From the NCBI RefSeq assembly GCF_008831285.2, contig NC_045138.2, forward strand, positions 12,958,001 to 13,022,000: a stretch of 64,000 bases of DNA, written 5' to 3'. This document shows positions 1-11,400 of this stretch, piece by piece; position 1 is the first letter of the stretch, and each line of letters opens with the position of its first letter. Origin of the DNA: Nymphaea colorata (Eukaryota). Made by a program: the position numbers and the translations under genes. The notes beneath the pieces were generated by a model. It did not search any database. It was not told the DNA's origin and worked only from the letters and a program-made list of their open reading frames with translations.

Positions 1-2839
1 TCCCATATTCTTGGGCATATCCTTTGGCAACAAGTCTAGCTTTATACCTTTCAAGTGATCCATCACTTCTAGTCTTGACGTTGTAAACCCACCTACATCC
101 TATTGTCCTTTTCCCTATAGGAAGAGACACAATGTCCCAAGTTTTATTGTCTTCAAGGGCTCTAAGTTCATTGTTCATTGCTTCAATCCAATGTGGGTTA
201 GTTTTGGCTTCTAGATAGGATGAAGGTTCAACATGAGAGTGATTAGCTAATAAGCAAGCTCTATGTTTTGGGGAAAAAGACTCATAGGAAACAAATTTTT
301 GAGGTGGATGAGAATCTCTTTGAGATTTCCTAAGAGTAGGTTGAGACTCTTGGATGTTTTGTTGAGACCTCTTATAAACTATAACTTCTCTTGGTGATCC
401 ATCACTTCTTGGTGAAGATCTATCAAAAGGAGTATTCTCAACGTCATTTTGAGCATCATTATGTGAAGAAGGCAAAACATCATCATCATTATCAACATCA
501 TCATCATTTATCCATAAAAAAGAATAGTCATCTTCATGCTTGGGTTTATTTTCATTAAAGCCATTTTCTTCTTCTAAAAATATCACATTTCTTGAAACAT
601 ACACCTTATCTTTTTCAATATCATAGCATCTATACCCTTTTTGAGTTTCGGAATAGCCAATAAAGACACATTGAATAGCCCTAGATGAAAATTTATCATT
701 TTTGTCATTTAAAATGAAACATTTGCAACCAAAGACTTTGAATCTTTTATAAGTTGGCTCCAAATTAAAAAGTTTTTGAAAAGGTGAAATATTTTCTAAA
801 ACTTTAGAGGGCATTCTATTAATCAAGTAAATGGATGTTAAAATTGCTTCAGCCCAAAAATTTTTTGAAACATTTTTTGATATAAGAAGAGCTCTTGTTG
901 TTTCAAGAATATGTCTATGTTTTCTTTCGGCGACTCCATTTTGTTGGGGGGTTTTGGGACAAGACTTTTGGTGTATAACTCCCTTTTCTTTTAGGAATTC
1001 TTCAAATTCATTGGAAATGAATTCTCCCCCGGAATCACTTCTAAAAATTTTAAGGTTTGCATCAAATTGAGTTTTGATCATGTTGTAAAAGTTTTTAAAA
1101 TTCATAAAGACTTCCGATTTGCGTTTAAGAAAGTAAACCCAAGCATATCGAGAGTAATCATCCACAAAAATGACATAATAAAGCAAACCACCTTTAGACA
1201 TAATAGGAGCGGGACCCCATACATCCGAATGCACTAATTCAAAAGGTGCTTTTTCAACAAAATTTCTATTTCCAAAAGGTAAAGCCTTAATTTTGGCTTT
1301 AATACAATCATCACAAGAGATCATTTCTTTACATTTCTCTTCCAAAAAAGGGATACAAAACATTTTTCCTAAACTTGAATGCCCAAGTCTTTGATGTCAA
1401 ACTTGAATGTCACTCTTCTTGATTATATTGCAAGTAGGGTTGGAAAGATCCAAATAGTCAACATAGTAGAGATCATTTTTCCTAGAACCTTCCCCAATCG
1501 TCTTCTTGAAAAGATGGTCCTGTATCAAAAATTTATTTTGTGAGAAGATAATATCACATCCATGATTTGTTATTTGAGAAACCGACAAGAGATTTAAGTT
1601 AAGTTTGGGAATAAATCTAACTTTTGGTATTTTAAAAACTTTTGAATTAAAATTTTGATCAATATTCTCAACACATTTGATTTCAAGAGGAGTTCCATCG
1701 GCGATTTTAACAAATGGGCACGATTCTTCCTTAGTGCATTCGGTAAGCAAAGAATTACAAGGGGTCATATGAAGTGAAGCTCCGGAATCAAGAATCCAAG
1801 AGTACTTACTTGATGATGTAGATGCCACGGTTGCTCCGGAGATTGGAGAAGTCCCTCCTCCTTTGAAAAGCGGTTGAAGAGCATCAATAAGCTTTGGTTG
1901 GAGGGCACTTACAAGTTTGTCTAGGTCAAATCGATTGCTTTCTTCATACATTGTCTCAGCCACACTTGTCTTTTTATCAAATCTCCTCAATTTAGGACAT
2001 CTAAGTTTGGTATGTCCTTCTTCTTGGCAATGGAAACATATAATCTTCTTGTTGCCATTATTGCTATGCTCATAGTTTCGATTAAAGTGAGGAGGCCTAT
2101 AAGTTCTCATATGAGCACCGGGTCTTGAGGTAGCAAGAACACTTTCACTCTTGTCTTTTGAAAAATTGAGTCTATTCTCCTCCATTTGAAGTTCCGCTAT
2201 GGCTTTGTTCATAGATGGCATTTTATGCCTATGGAGCAAGGAAGTTTTGACTCCATCATATTCCGATCTAAGACCAAGAATGAATTTATAAAATTTCTCC
2301 CTTTGGATTTGTTTTTCTCTAACTCCAATGTCTCTTGGATCATACCATTCGGGTTCAAATAGAGCAAGTTCGTCCCATAATTGCTCCATTTCTCCAACGT
2401 ATTCTTTAATGGACTTGTCTCCTTGTTGGAGACTTGCAATCTTCATTTGAAGATTGCACATGTAGGCCACATCCTTCATAGTGTGGGTTTTCTTGAGGAA
2501 TTCCTAAGCTTCATGAGCAAAATTATGTTTTGCTATTTGGCCCATGGTTGTAGTATCAACACAAGCAATAATCCAAGTGATAATCTTGTGGTGTCCTATT
2601 TTCCACTCTTCCCATTTTCTCTCATATTCATTCATAGCCTTGTCTTTTTCAACTCCATCTAGTTCTTGAGCTTTACCATCTATGGTCTTGGTGAGGACTA
2701 ATTGAGGTTCACTTTTTGACCCATCAACGAGTCCCCATAGGCCTTTACTTCTAATAAAATGTTCCATAGTTTTTGCCCAAGAAACATAATTTGATGAAGT
2801 TAATTTGGGAAGAGGAGTAGAGGAAGTTCTTTCATCCAT
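1..2839 (-). pseudogene. copia gag-pol polyprotein with two in-frame nonsense codons
   Basis: Likely ATG at 2839 (MDERTSS). ORFs 2504-2896 and 1397-2479 and the reading below 1396 share one frame. It is broken by TAG at 2504-2506 (HEA*EFL) and TGA at 1397-1399 (QV*HQRLGH), both at positions where Trp is usual. Confidence 0.88.
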
Positions 2840-3122
2840 AATGTGTACCTTGTAAAGGAGACGTTGAGGTAGTGCTAGGATGAAAAACAGCCACACAAAA
2901 ATGAAGCTTTCGACGCGTCAAAGACTGCCACAATCTTCACCACCAAGGGAGCTTTATCCCGTCACAAATATCACCAAAAGAGGCCAGCAAAATAACAGCA
3001 CCTTCTTGTGTCAAATTTCAGCCAACAATATATCGAACACTTGGAGTGCTTCACAACTCCAAGGAAAGAGTAATAACTGGATCTTCAAGCTTGAAAGACA
3101 GCAACACAAAGAGCCAAAACGA

Positions 3123-3135
3123 GGCTCTGATACCA
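3123..3135 (-). promoter_or_regulatory. Primer-binding site (tRNA-iMet) of copia A
   Basis: Plus strand ggctctgatacca equals TGGTATCAGAGCC on the minus strand, directly after the LTR terminal CA. Confidence 0.93.
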
Positions 3136-3616
3136 TGTAAATCAGGCCTGATCTTGAGAATACAAATGCTTCAAGAGATACACTCTTGAAGATCCCAACA
3201 ACTTCAATAGGTAATACACAACCAAACTTCAAACTTGAGGAGAAGATACCAAATCTATTAATCTCAAGAGAAGAATACACAAGAGAGGCCTAAAAGCCTT
3301 AACCAAACAAGGGACAACAGTCCCATATATATAGTACAATGAAAGGGAGAGAAGAAGGAGGAGTTGGCTGTTGGGCCAGCTCCAACGGCTAGAAATCTAG
3401 CCGTTGGAAGCTGGTCCAACAGCTAGTTCCCTTTTACAAAAAGGAAAAGGTAAAAATAGAAAAAGAAAAGAAATAAAAAGTACATAAAAAGGAAAAGGAA
3501 AAGGAAGCAAATAAAATAAAATACATAACACCTATGCATACATAGATATTCATATATACAAATTATATATGAAACATATGTATACTTACATAATGTCTAA
3601 TTTTTAAATTCTAACA
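3136..3616 (-). repeat. 5' LTR of copia A (~481 bp)
   Basis: The minus strand reads TGTTAG...TTTACA. It is bounded by the PBS on one side and by resumption of a different element's coding frame at 3617 on the other. A TATATAT motif lies near 3325-3333. Confidence 0.85.
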
Positions 3617-4376
3617 GTCAGATACCTGAAATCAGCCCCAGGAAAGGGGTTATGGTTCGAAAAGGGAGAAGGTGTTGACATTGAAGCATATAGTGATGTT
3701 GATTATGCAGGATCTGTAGATGACAGAAAGTCTACTACAGGTTTTTGTGTCTTTGTGGGAGGTAATCTTATTTCTTGGAGGAGCAAGAAGCAGAATGTGG
3801 TGGCTCGATCTAGTGCTGAGTCGGAATATAGGACTATGGCTCAAACTGCGGCTGAAATGTCATGGGTCAGATCATTACTTTTAGAGTTGGGCGTTTCAGT
3901 GAATCTCCCAATGAAGATGTATTGTGACAACAAGGCGGCTACCTATATTGCTAACAATCCTGTTTTTCATGAAAGGACAAAACATATTGAAGTGGATTGC
4001 CACTATGTTCGGAATTTAGTTCAAGAAGGAATTATTAGCACTATTCATGTCTCCTCTGAAGATCAGACAACTGATATGTTCACCAAGGCTCTTTCCATAG
4101 GCGATTTCCTGAGAGGTTGTAACAAGCTGAGCATGATTGATATCTATGCTCCAGCTTGAGGGGGAATGTTAAAGAGTGTTTCTGCAATATTAGAAAGTTG
4201 AATAGTCGTTCTTTAAATATTTTCTTATATTTAGTGGACTGATTTTGTAATTGTTATGTTGCCAACCCTAATCTCTTTTAATATGAGATTAGGGTCACGT
4301 GAATAAGCAAGAAAGTGTTTTCCCCTCTCTCTCTCTCTCTCTCTCTCTCGTCCCCTTCTTCCTCCAATATTCAACA
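3617..4376 (+). mobile_element. Ty1/copia retrotransposon B, 3' portion (RT end/RNase H, PPT, 3' LTR)
   Basis: VRYLKSAPGKGLWF..AYSDVDYAGSVDDRKSTTGFC..ISWRSKKQNVVARSSAESEYR..YCDNKAA..HERTKHIEVDCH, stop at 4159. PPT GAGGGGGAA at 4158-4166. LTR TGTTAAAG (4167)...TTCAACA (4376). Confidence 0.93.
4167..4376 (+). repeat. 3' LTR of copia B (~210 bp, contains a (CT)n tract)
   Basis: Starts TGTT immediately after the PPT and ends AACA. The right boundary is inferred from the terminal motif only. Confidence 0.7.
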
Positions 4377-6889
4377 ATTCAATTTGCTTTTCTTGGGTAT
4401 ATCTTGAGATTGAAATATTACATAATATAATGAAATTATAAAATTAAAATTTGTAGTACCAATGTTACAAATCAAGATTCAAAATCGTTTTAAAAATGTA
4501 ACAAAGGAGAAAATATTATTGTGATATTGCAAAAAAACTTTTTGACTATATTTTGAAAGTGTCAGTAGATTTTCCCTAAAAAAACAGTTTTTTTGGCAAT
4601 CAAAAGGTGATATTTTCAAAATACTGTTGATATATGTGATTTTGGAATGAACATAGGTTTATATGCTATATAGTCATTAACTCATTATTATAAATTGGTC
4701 GTAAGTAATTAAAGCTCTTTAAAGGACTTGTCAGAGCTAGTCGAGGCTAGTTAATCAGAGTCAGTCCAACCAGCGAAAAGAACATCAATAAGAGAATAAT
4801 ATAAGCACAATAATTAAATTGTCAAAGAGAAATAAAATATATGGTGTGACTATAAACCATAATATAAAAATAGATAAGTCACCTACCACAAAGCATCACA
4901 TCGTTGATAATCTTGAGTGCGTGACGTGACTCAAGAGTTAAAGAGTCTAAACATAAAGTTGCTAGACTAATAAAACAGGAGGGAATGAAAATCTTCAGCA
5001 TTTCCTTCATGGCAGAAAGAAAAAGTAGAAGAAGAAGCATCAACAGCATGGACGAATAGTGGAGCAACTCAGTAACAATGTATATGGAGAAGGAGAAAAA
5101 TGAAAGAGGAGGAAGACTGAACAAGGAGTAAAAGAAAGCACCATATGTGGGAGAAGGAAGAACTACAGCACAGGCTGCAGCTAGATGGTTGATAAGAAAG
5201 AGAAAGAAAATGAAGAATGAAATATACATGTTTTTACAAGAGAGGGTGAACGGGGAGTCTGAGTGTGTTGTGCCCTTAGATACTTATGTCTGTCAAAGGA
5301 CTAGTTATCGACTAGTCAAGCTAGTTGGTGGCCAGTTGCTTTAGGGGTAGGCTGCTTTTGGCTTAAAGACTGGTTGCAAGAGCTGCCTACACCAGCTAGC
5401 TGAACTAGTCAACCAATTAGTTGGGGTCTGTCACATGCACACATCTAAAAGGCAGCCACACCTGTTTTTATCATGAACACTGCTTGGATATGCTGGAACT
5501 TGAAAGTCTCATTGGGTGCAGTCAACAGGTTTTATGCTCTTTTTTGTCCGATTTTGGATTGATTCAACTTTGATTAGTCCATTTTTCTCTCTTTCTATAA
5601 AACTTGGTCTTTTGTGTATGTTGAGAGATCGAGAACTTTCATGCAAAAGTCATCTCATTAATATTTTTTTTGGCAACTTGAATATCTTTTTCTGATACTT
5701 ATTTCCTTTGGAACATTACCCAAGCGGTGGGTCGTCCAAGAGAGAGTTCATGGTAACTCTTGTGTTAGTTTCTTTTGCTAGGAATGTAAAAGTTTGAAAT
5801 GCTTATCCTGCAACTGAAAAATACATGCTGCTTCTGATATAGGCTATTGTATTAAATTCAATTTTATTTCGCTCTTTGGAGCACCTATATTCACTTGCAA
5901 AAAAATTATTTTTTCATAAATGACATGCTTTTTTAACCGTTCAACTTTATATTTATCGTTTATATACATATCTTAGTAGGGAATAGGTTTAGATAATGTA
6001 GTTTTAGCATAAAATATGGGTATTTTAATAGTTTTAAAAATCATTTTAGGACTTGAAAATTCATGTTTCTATATCCAATCAGCATGATGAAAACATCATT
6101 TGTATCAAATAAATAATGTTGAATACACAAACACACACACACACACACATATATATCTGCGTTCTCATGCCCTAGTTTTTTGAAATTGTCCCAAATCCGT
6201 GTCTGCATCAATATGACATGGTCGGGATATTTTACTACAAAGGTTACATGTGGCACATGAGCAATTGAATTTCCTCTCTCTCTCTCTCTCTCCCCCCTCC
6301 CCACCCCCCACCCACAAGGCAAATTCCCCTTATACTTTTCATGTTGTTCGACATTCCGAATTTGTAAGATTCGAGGAGCAGCAAACCAATGCAACTCATG
6401 GATGCAGAGGTCTTTTTATGTACTTCTTTATTCTTGGAGGAACATAAGGTATCTCCCCAGCTGGAAGTAGTCTATTTAGGCGTATTACTTAACTTAGACT
6501 TTTAACTGGGATGATTTATTTGTCGTATCAATTGTAATCAAGTTAACAAGACTTGGCATTTGAGATGTCACCCTTGTTTGTGAGGAGAATCTTTGAAAGT
6601 GATTGTAACCGTAGCAAGCAACTGGTAACTATTATTGAGCTGAAAAATTCACCACAGTACTTTTGGTATGTTTAATTGTCAACATCCTGCTATAAATTGG
6701 ATTGAAGTCAAAATTCTAGGTTTTGTAAAATAACTCGGAAGTGGAACGAAGATTGGATGGTGTTGCATCCATTGCCGCACAAAATTTTTGGCAATGGTTA
6801 TGGACATTATTGTTAGTGACTGTTTTTTCTTTTCTTTGCGAGGGTGTTCACTTGCTCATTCTTTGTGTTGCTTCTTTCACTTTGCCTAG

Positions 6890-7212
6890 GTGCTGCTATA
6901 GCAGGCTCTGCTGTTGATCAGGTAGAGCGGGTCGTGGGTTATGTCAGTTTAGGCTACCCATTTGGACTGACAGCATCCATTCTGTTTGGAAGGCATAACA
7001 AAGCAATTTTGCAGTCCTCTAAGCCGAAACTATTCGTGATGGGAACAAGAGATGGGTTTACAAGCGTAAAACATTTAGAGAATAAGCTCAAAAGTGCGGC
7101 CGGTCGAGTGGAGACGCATCTGCTTGAAGGAGTCTCCCATTTTCAGATGGAGGGGCCAGACTTTGATTCTCAGATGGCTGATTTGATCGATGGATTTATT
7201 GCAACTTTGTAA
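6890..7212 (+). CDS. Terminal exon of an alpha/beta-hydrolase superfamily protein (resembles Arabidopsis At5g19630-type)
   Basis: Polypyrimidine tract and acceptor cctag|GT at 6889/6890 (phase 1). Encodes GAAIAGSAVDQVERVVGYVSLGYPFGLTASILFGRH..KPKLFVMGTRDGFTSV..EGVSHFQMEG..TL*, with the catalytic Asp (RDGF) and His (VSHF) motifs. The nucleophile GxSxG exon was not found in the window. Confidence 0.9.
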
Positions 7213-8490
7213 CCATCAACTTTGGCTAAAGCGGCAACAAAAAAAAAAACGACTTGTGTGATTCTATGTTACGGTGAATTTCGAGATTTCTATTGTATTT
7301 ACTCGACATGTGCAAAGCCGTTCTCATGGTTCTAAACAGTTGCCCCAGATCTTAGATCTAGGGATTGGATCAAACCCACGATTCTGTAAAATAACATTGT
7401 TGAACTGTTTTTGGATCTAAGGTTCCTCTTATCTACCAAATTTGTTGTTTTTTAGCCGAGGGGAAAGGTCCAAATTCAAATCCATGGATTAAATGTTTCT
7501 TGGTGAGAGCATAGATGGGTCACCAGAACATGGTAAACCTGTATCTGTCTTTCTGATAACTATTCTTTTCATCGTACCAGCAACATTTCAAATCTCTACG
7601 TGTCTCTATATCGTTCTAGGTGTCGTTTTCTTCGAATTTGATGAATTGAATGCTCATGCCTTTCTCCAAGAACGAAGCACCGAAAAGCCAATCGGGCTAC
7701 ATGATTCACCAAAAAAAAAAAAACAAAAAACAGCACTTTACGTCTACAGAATTTAATCCAGCCCTGCACCCCAAGACTGGAATAAAAAAGCGCCAGTAAT
7801 TCAGTGAAGGGGCCACGAAAGAAGCTCAACTAACAATGTTAGGCCCTTGACGGACGGGTGCTGCTCACAACCTGCATCACACGCGAGGTAGAAGTCGTTG
7901 AAACAGTGACCTCCTTGGCGCATCAGGATCAGGGGTGCTCCACTAACGTAATCTTGTTACAGAACCCGCTCGACAATATGAACAAGCATGTTCCAAGCAC
8001 CAACCCTGCTATTTCAAATAAACTACAGGAGAAGAAAAAAGAGACGGAAAGAGTAAGAAGGGTTGCTCAGGAGAGGGTAAGTTAATTGTCCGCAACTTTT
8101 CATGGTTTTCCATCAAAACACTATAAACGCATCAAAATTTTCTCCAGAGAATAAAACATTAACTGATAAAAAATTACCAAAAACACATTTGATTTCTTGA
8201 TAAATAGTTCCCGACACACCCACCCAGGCATTAGTTGTACAACCCGCAAACCTCGGAACGTGCAGCAGTTTTTGCCACAGCATTTGCTCAGATTCCAGGT
8301 TAATCCATGCTCACCAACTTTACAAGACTGTTCTAGCTGCCATCCACCTGAGAAACATCAGCACCGGTGCCGCCAACAAGATGACTGATTGTTCCGGACA
8401 GGATAGACTAACTCGGAGTGGGCCATGTCAAACTCAGGCTCTCGTCCATTGGTCAACAGAACAGCAAGTTTAGCATTTAAGCTTAAAATA

Positions 8491-11400
8491 TCAATCATCA
8501 TCACCATATTGTTGATCATCAGAAGCAACTCCTCCCTCCGTAACCATGTGATCTCCATCTGAGCCTTCACCCCTTCCCACACCAGCCCTGTCATCCTCAA
8601 AATCTGCACTGTGCTGGTTTCCACCATATCGGTGGTTCCTCCACCCTCTTTCGCCGTCAACAGACTGGTCGTGTGAAGATGGATGTTCCTCTGCACAGGA
8701 CAAGAAAAAGCCAGGTTGTAACATTCCCTAGATTTTTTCCATGCTTAAAAAATTTACAGAATACATAAAATATACCATACCCAAATGCGAGTTATGACAT
8801 ATACAATCAAACATGAACATAAATTAAGTCATATGGGTACTTGGGTAAAGTTCCCGTACCCATGTCTGAGATGTATCGACATGGCAAAACAGGTATAGGG
8901 ACAGGTATTTTTTGGATCAAAACCAACCCAAACAACTTACTTTTACTTGATTTAGCTTGTTCCTAACTCAGTTTTCATTCTCCTTTTGCAGGCCATTTGT
9001 CATTAACATGTACTGTTTTTATTTATATTATTTGTTTACTTTAATTTCAATTTTTTTTGTAGGATTTTGCATATATACTTGTACACACATCTCCATACCT
9101 GTATCTGGACCCATACCGGCACCTATATAACTTAGTACGTAAATAAAGTAGAATTTCACATAATGTAAGACATGAGCAGTGGAAAATATTTGATAAATTT
9201 GAATGCAAGACGTGCTTCTACTAGCGTCCCAACTATGCAAGCAGCCTGGCCTTAATCAAATGCTTCATGTTTCTTACCTAGTTTCACACAAGCATCAAGA
9301 AAACAAAAGAATGACCATCAAGGGTAAGATATAGCTTGTCCCTTCTCTTCCATATTATATGAACAATTTGTGCCGCTCAAATTTGCATAGTATTTCCTCA
9401 GAAGCTTCCCATTTTCAGATACTTGATCTAAATATTCTTAAAATTGCACTGCACCTTGGATGGCTGAAAACTCTCAACTAGTGCAACCTTTATGTTCCTT
9501 TTGTTACAGTTGTCTTGTTACCTTATTTGTTTCATCAGTATCGAAGTTCACATTTATCCAGAACTCCAGATATTTAACTCTTTCATACATAATGATTGGT
9601 TTTAAAAATATTGTTCTTGATCCTTGATTTACTTTTTGCAATTTTGAGATACATGCATAGTTGATTCTTCCCCAAACATTATTTACATCCATTTTGAAGA
9701 TCCCTTCCAAACTGACTAGAATCAAACATTGCCAAGCCTTTAGGCATCATGGAAATGTCTCATCAATTTGCCAGATAAACTGAAGCAAAGCGACCAGGTT
9801 GATTGTGTGAATATTAGATAGATGAACCCCCTGAGTGGAAAAGCAGATTGGGTGCAACAGTGAAATGTTAAATGACAACGAGGATCATAATAATGTGAAA
9901 CAAGAATTAATAGAGAGACAATAGTAAGAACCTAAAATCTCAGGAAAACAGAACCTCACTAACTGTCTCTAGAAAATTAACCGAGCTCCCGTAAAATTTT
10001 CTCCACAACATAGAAAGCCACAAAGTGCACATGAAGAATAATATGGAAATACAGATAGTTACAGTGTGCCCATGTAATTCCACAGGAATAAGCACCAAGG
10101 TGTTAAGAAATCATAAGAGCGGCAAAAAAGTACTCACCACTTTCACCATCTGATGCATCTTCCAGTTTGGCAATGTTTGATATGGCATCCAGTAGCGTTT
10201 GTTCATGCTCCTACCAATGGATAAAGAATATTTATATATTGTGGAGTGACAAGCAAAAAGATAGGTGAAAAAAAAAGAGGTCATACTTTCAGCAATTTCT
10301 TTGCCTTCTCCGACTCCACAGGATCTGGATGGTTTCCATGGAAGATCCTTTCTATCTGTCCAATCAATGCAGAAAGTACATTGACATTTGAAGCTCAAAA
10401 AATAGGAAAAGGTGTTAGAGCTTACCTCCTTAATTAAAGTTTCTGTATGCAACATTTCTATTTTATCAGGGCCCTTCTTCCCAATGCCATTCTGAGATGG
10501 AGGAAACTCTTGCCTAGACTGGGTCTTCGTGGCACCCCTTCCTCTACCTACCCCAATGGCACCACTACGTGACATGGATTTCTTGATTCCACGCCCTGGC
10601 CCTCCATGGCCTCGACGAGAAATACCAGGTTCATCACCTTCCCAGAGGATGTCCTCAGGAGATATCTGTGTTTCACATATCAAACAGCACAAGCAAGGGA
10701 AGATTTTAACGGCTGAAAAGAGTTTCAGTGTGCTAACATCAAACTCGATATGAAATTGTATTATCAAATATTTTAGTCTCCACAAATCAAATTGCTGATG
10801 AGACAAGATGCACATACTGCTAGACATGTCTCTAGAATTACCTCCGAAAAATAAGGCAATAGCCCTGAAAAAGAGCTGTTTGGAATAAATGTATGAAGGA
10901 CCAAAAAAAAGAAGATGCAAACAAGCATGCAGGATCCTGTTGAGGCATACTCTTTTGACTTCATGAATATGCATCCTCTACGCATGAAAAAAATATGTAC
11001 TGGCAGACACATAGCTCAAAATGTTCCAAATATAAGAACCTTAGCAATTGGCCCTTCCCTTTCTCTCACATGAAGTAAACATATAACCTTTCTATTTATT
11101 TCAAACCAAATATCCACTGTTCACAATTTAAATATGAAGATCTAGCTCCTTTAAAGATTATGTTGCTCTAAAACTCAGCAAATTACATGTTCTCCATTCT
11201 TTAGTCTTTTCATCTTCACATACTGCAAAAAACTATTTGAACAATTGCAGTTGAAATACTAGAACTACAAGTGTTATTGTAAAAAGGAAGGAATTAATGA
11301 ATTTTGTCAAATTTTTTAAACAGTCAATGCTAAGTTTAATTTCATGAAAGGAACTGAACGTTTTTCTTTTTTTGCAGGTATCTGGCATGATCAATTAACT

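Larger units (their letters stand above)
1..3616 (-). mobile_element. Ty1/copia LTR retrotransposon A (5' LTR, PBS, gag-PR-INT-RT start; continues off the left edge)
   Basis: Minus-strand translation gives: gag (KLTSSNYVSW..), zinc knuckle CFHCQEEGHTKLRC, protease WILDSGASLHM, GAG-pre-integrase *HQRLGH, integrase VHSDVWGP..FVDDYSRYAW..RSDSGGEF..QQNGVAERKHRHI, and RT start GCRWVYNVK..YKARLVAKGYAQEYG. The order PR-INT-RT is the copia order. Confidence 0.96.

Noticed and set aside
10111..10974. 287-aa ORF as a standalone gene
   Set aside because: It is EML exon 7 read through the flanking introns; only 10426-10665 is in the coding frame.
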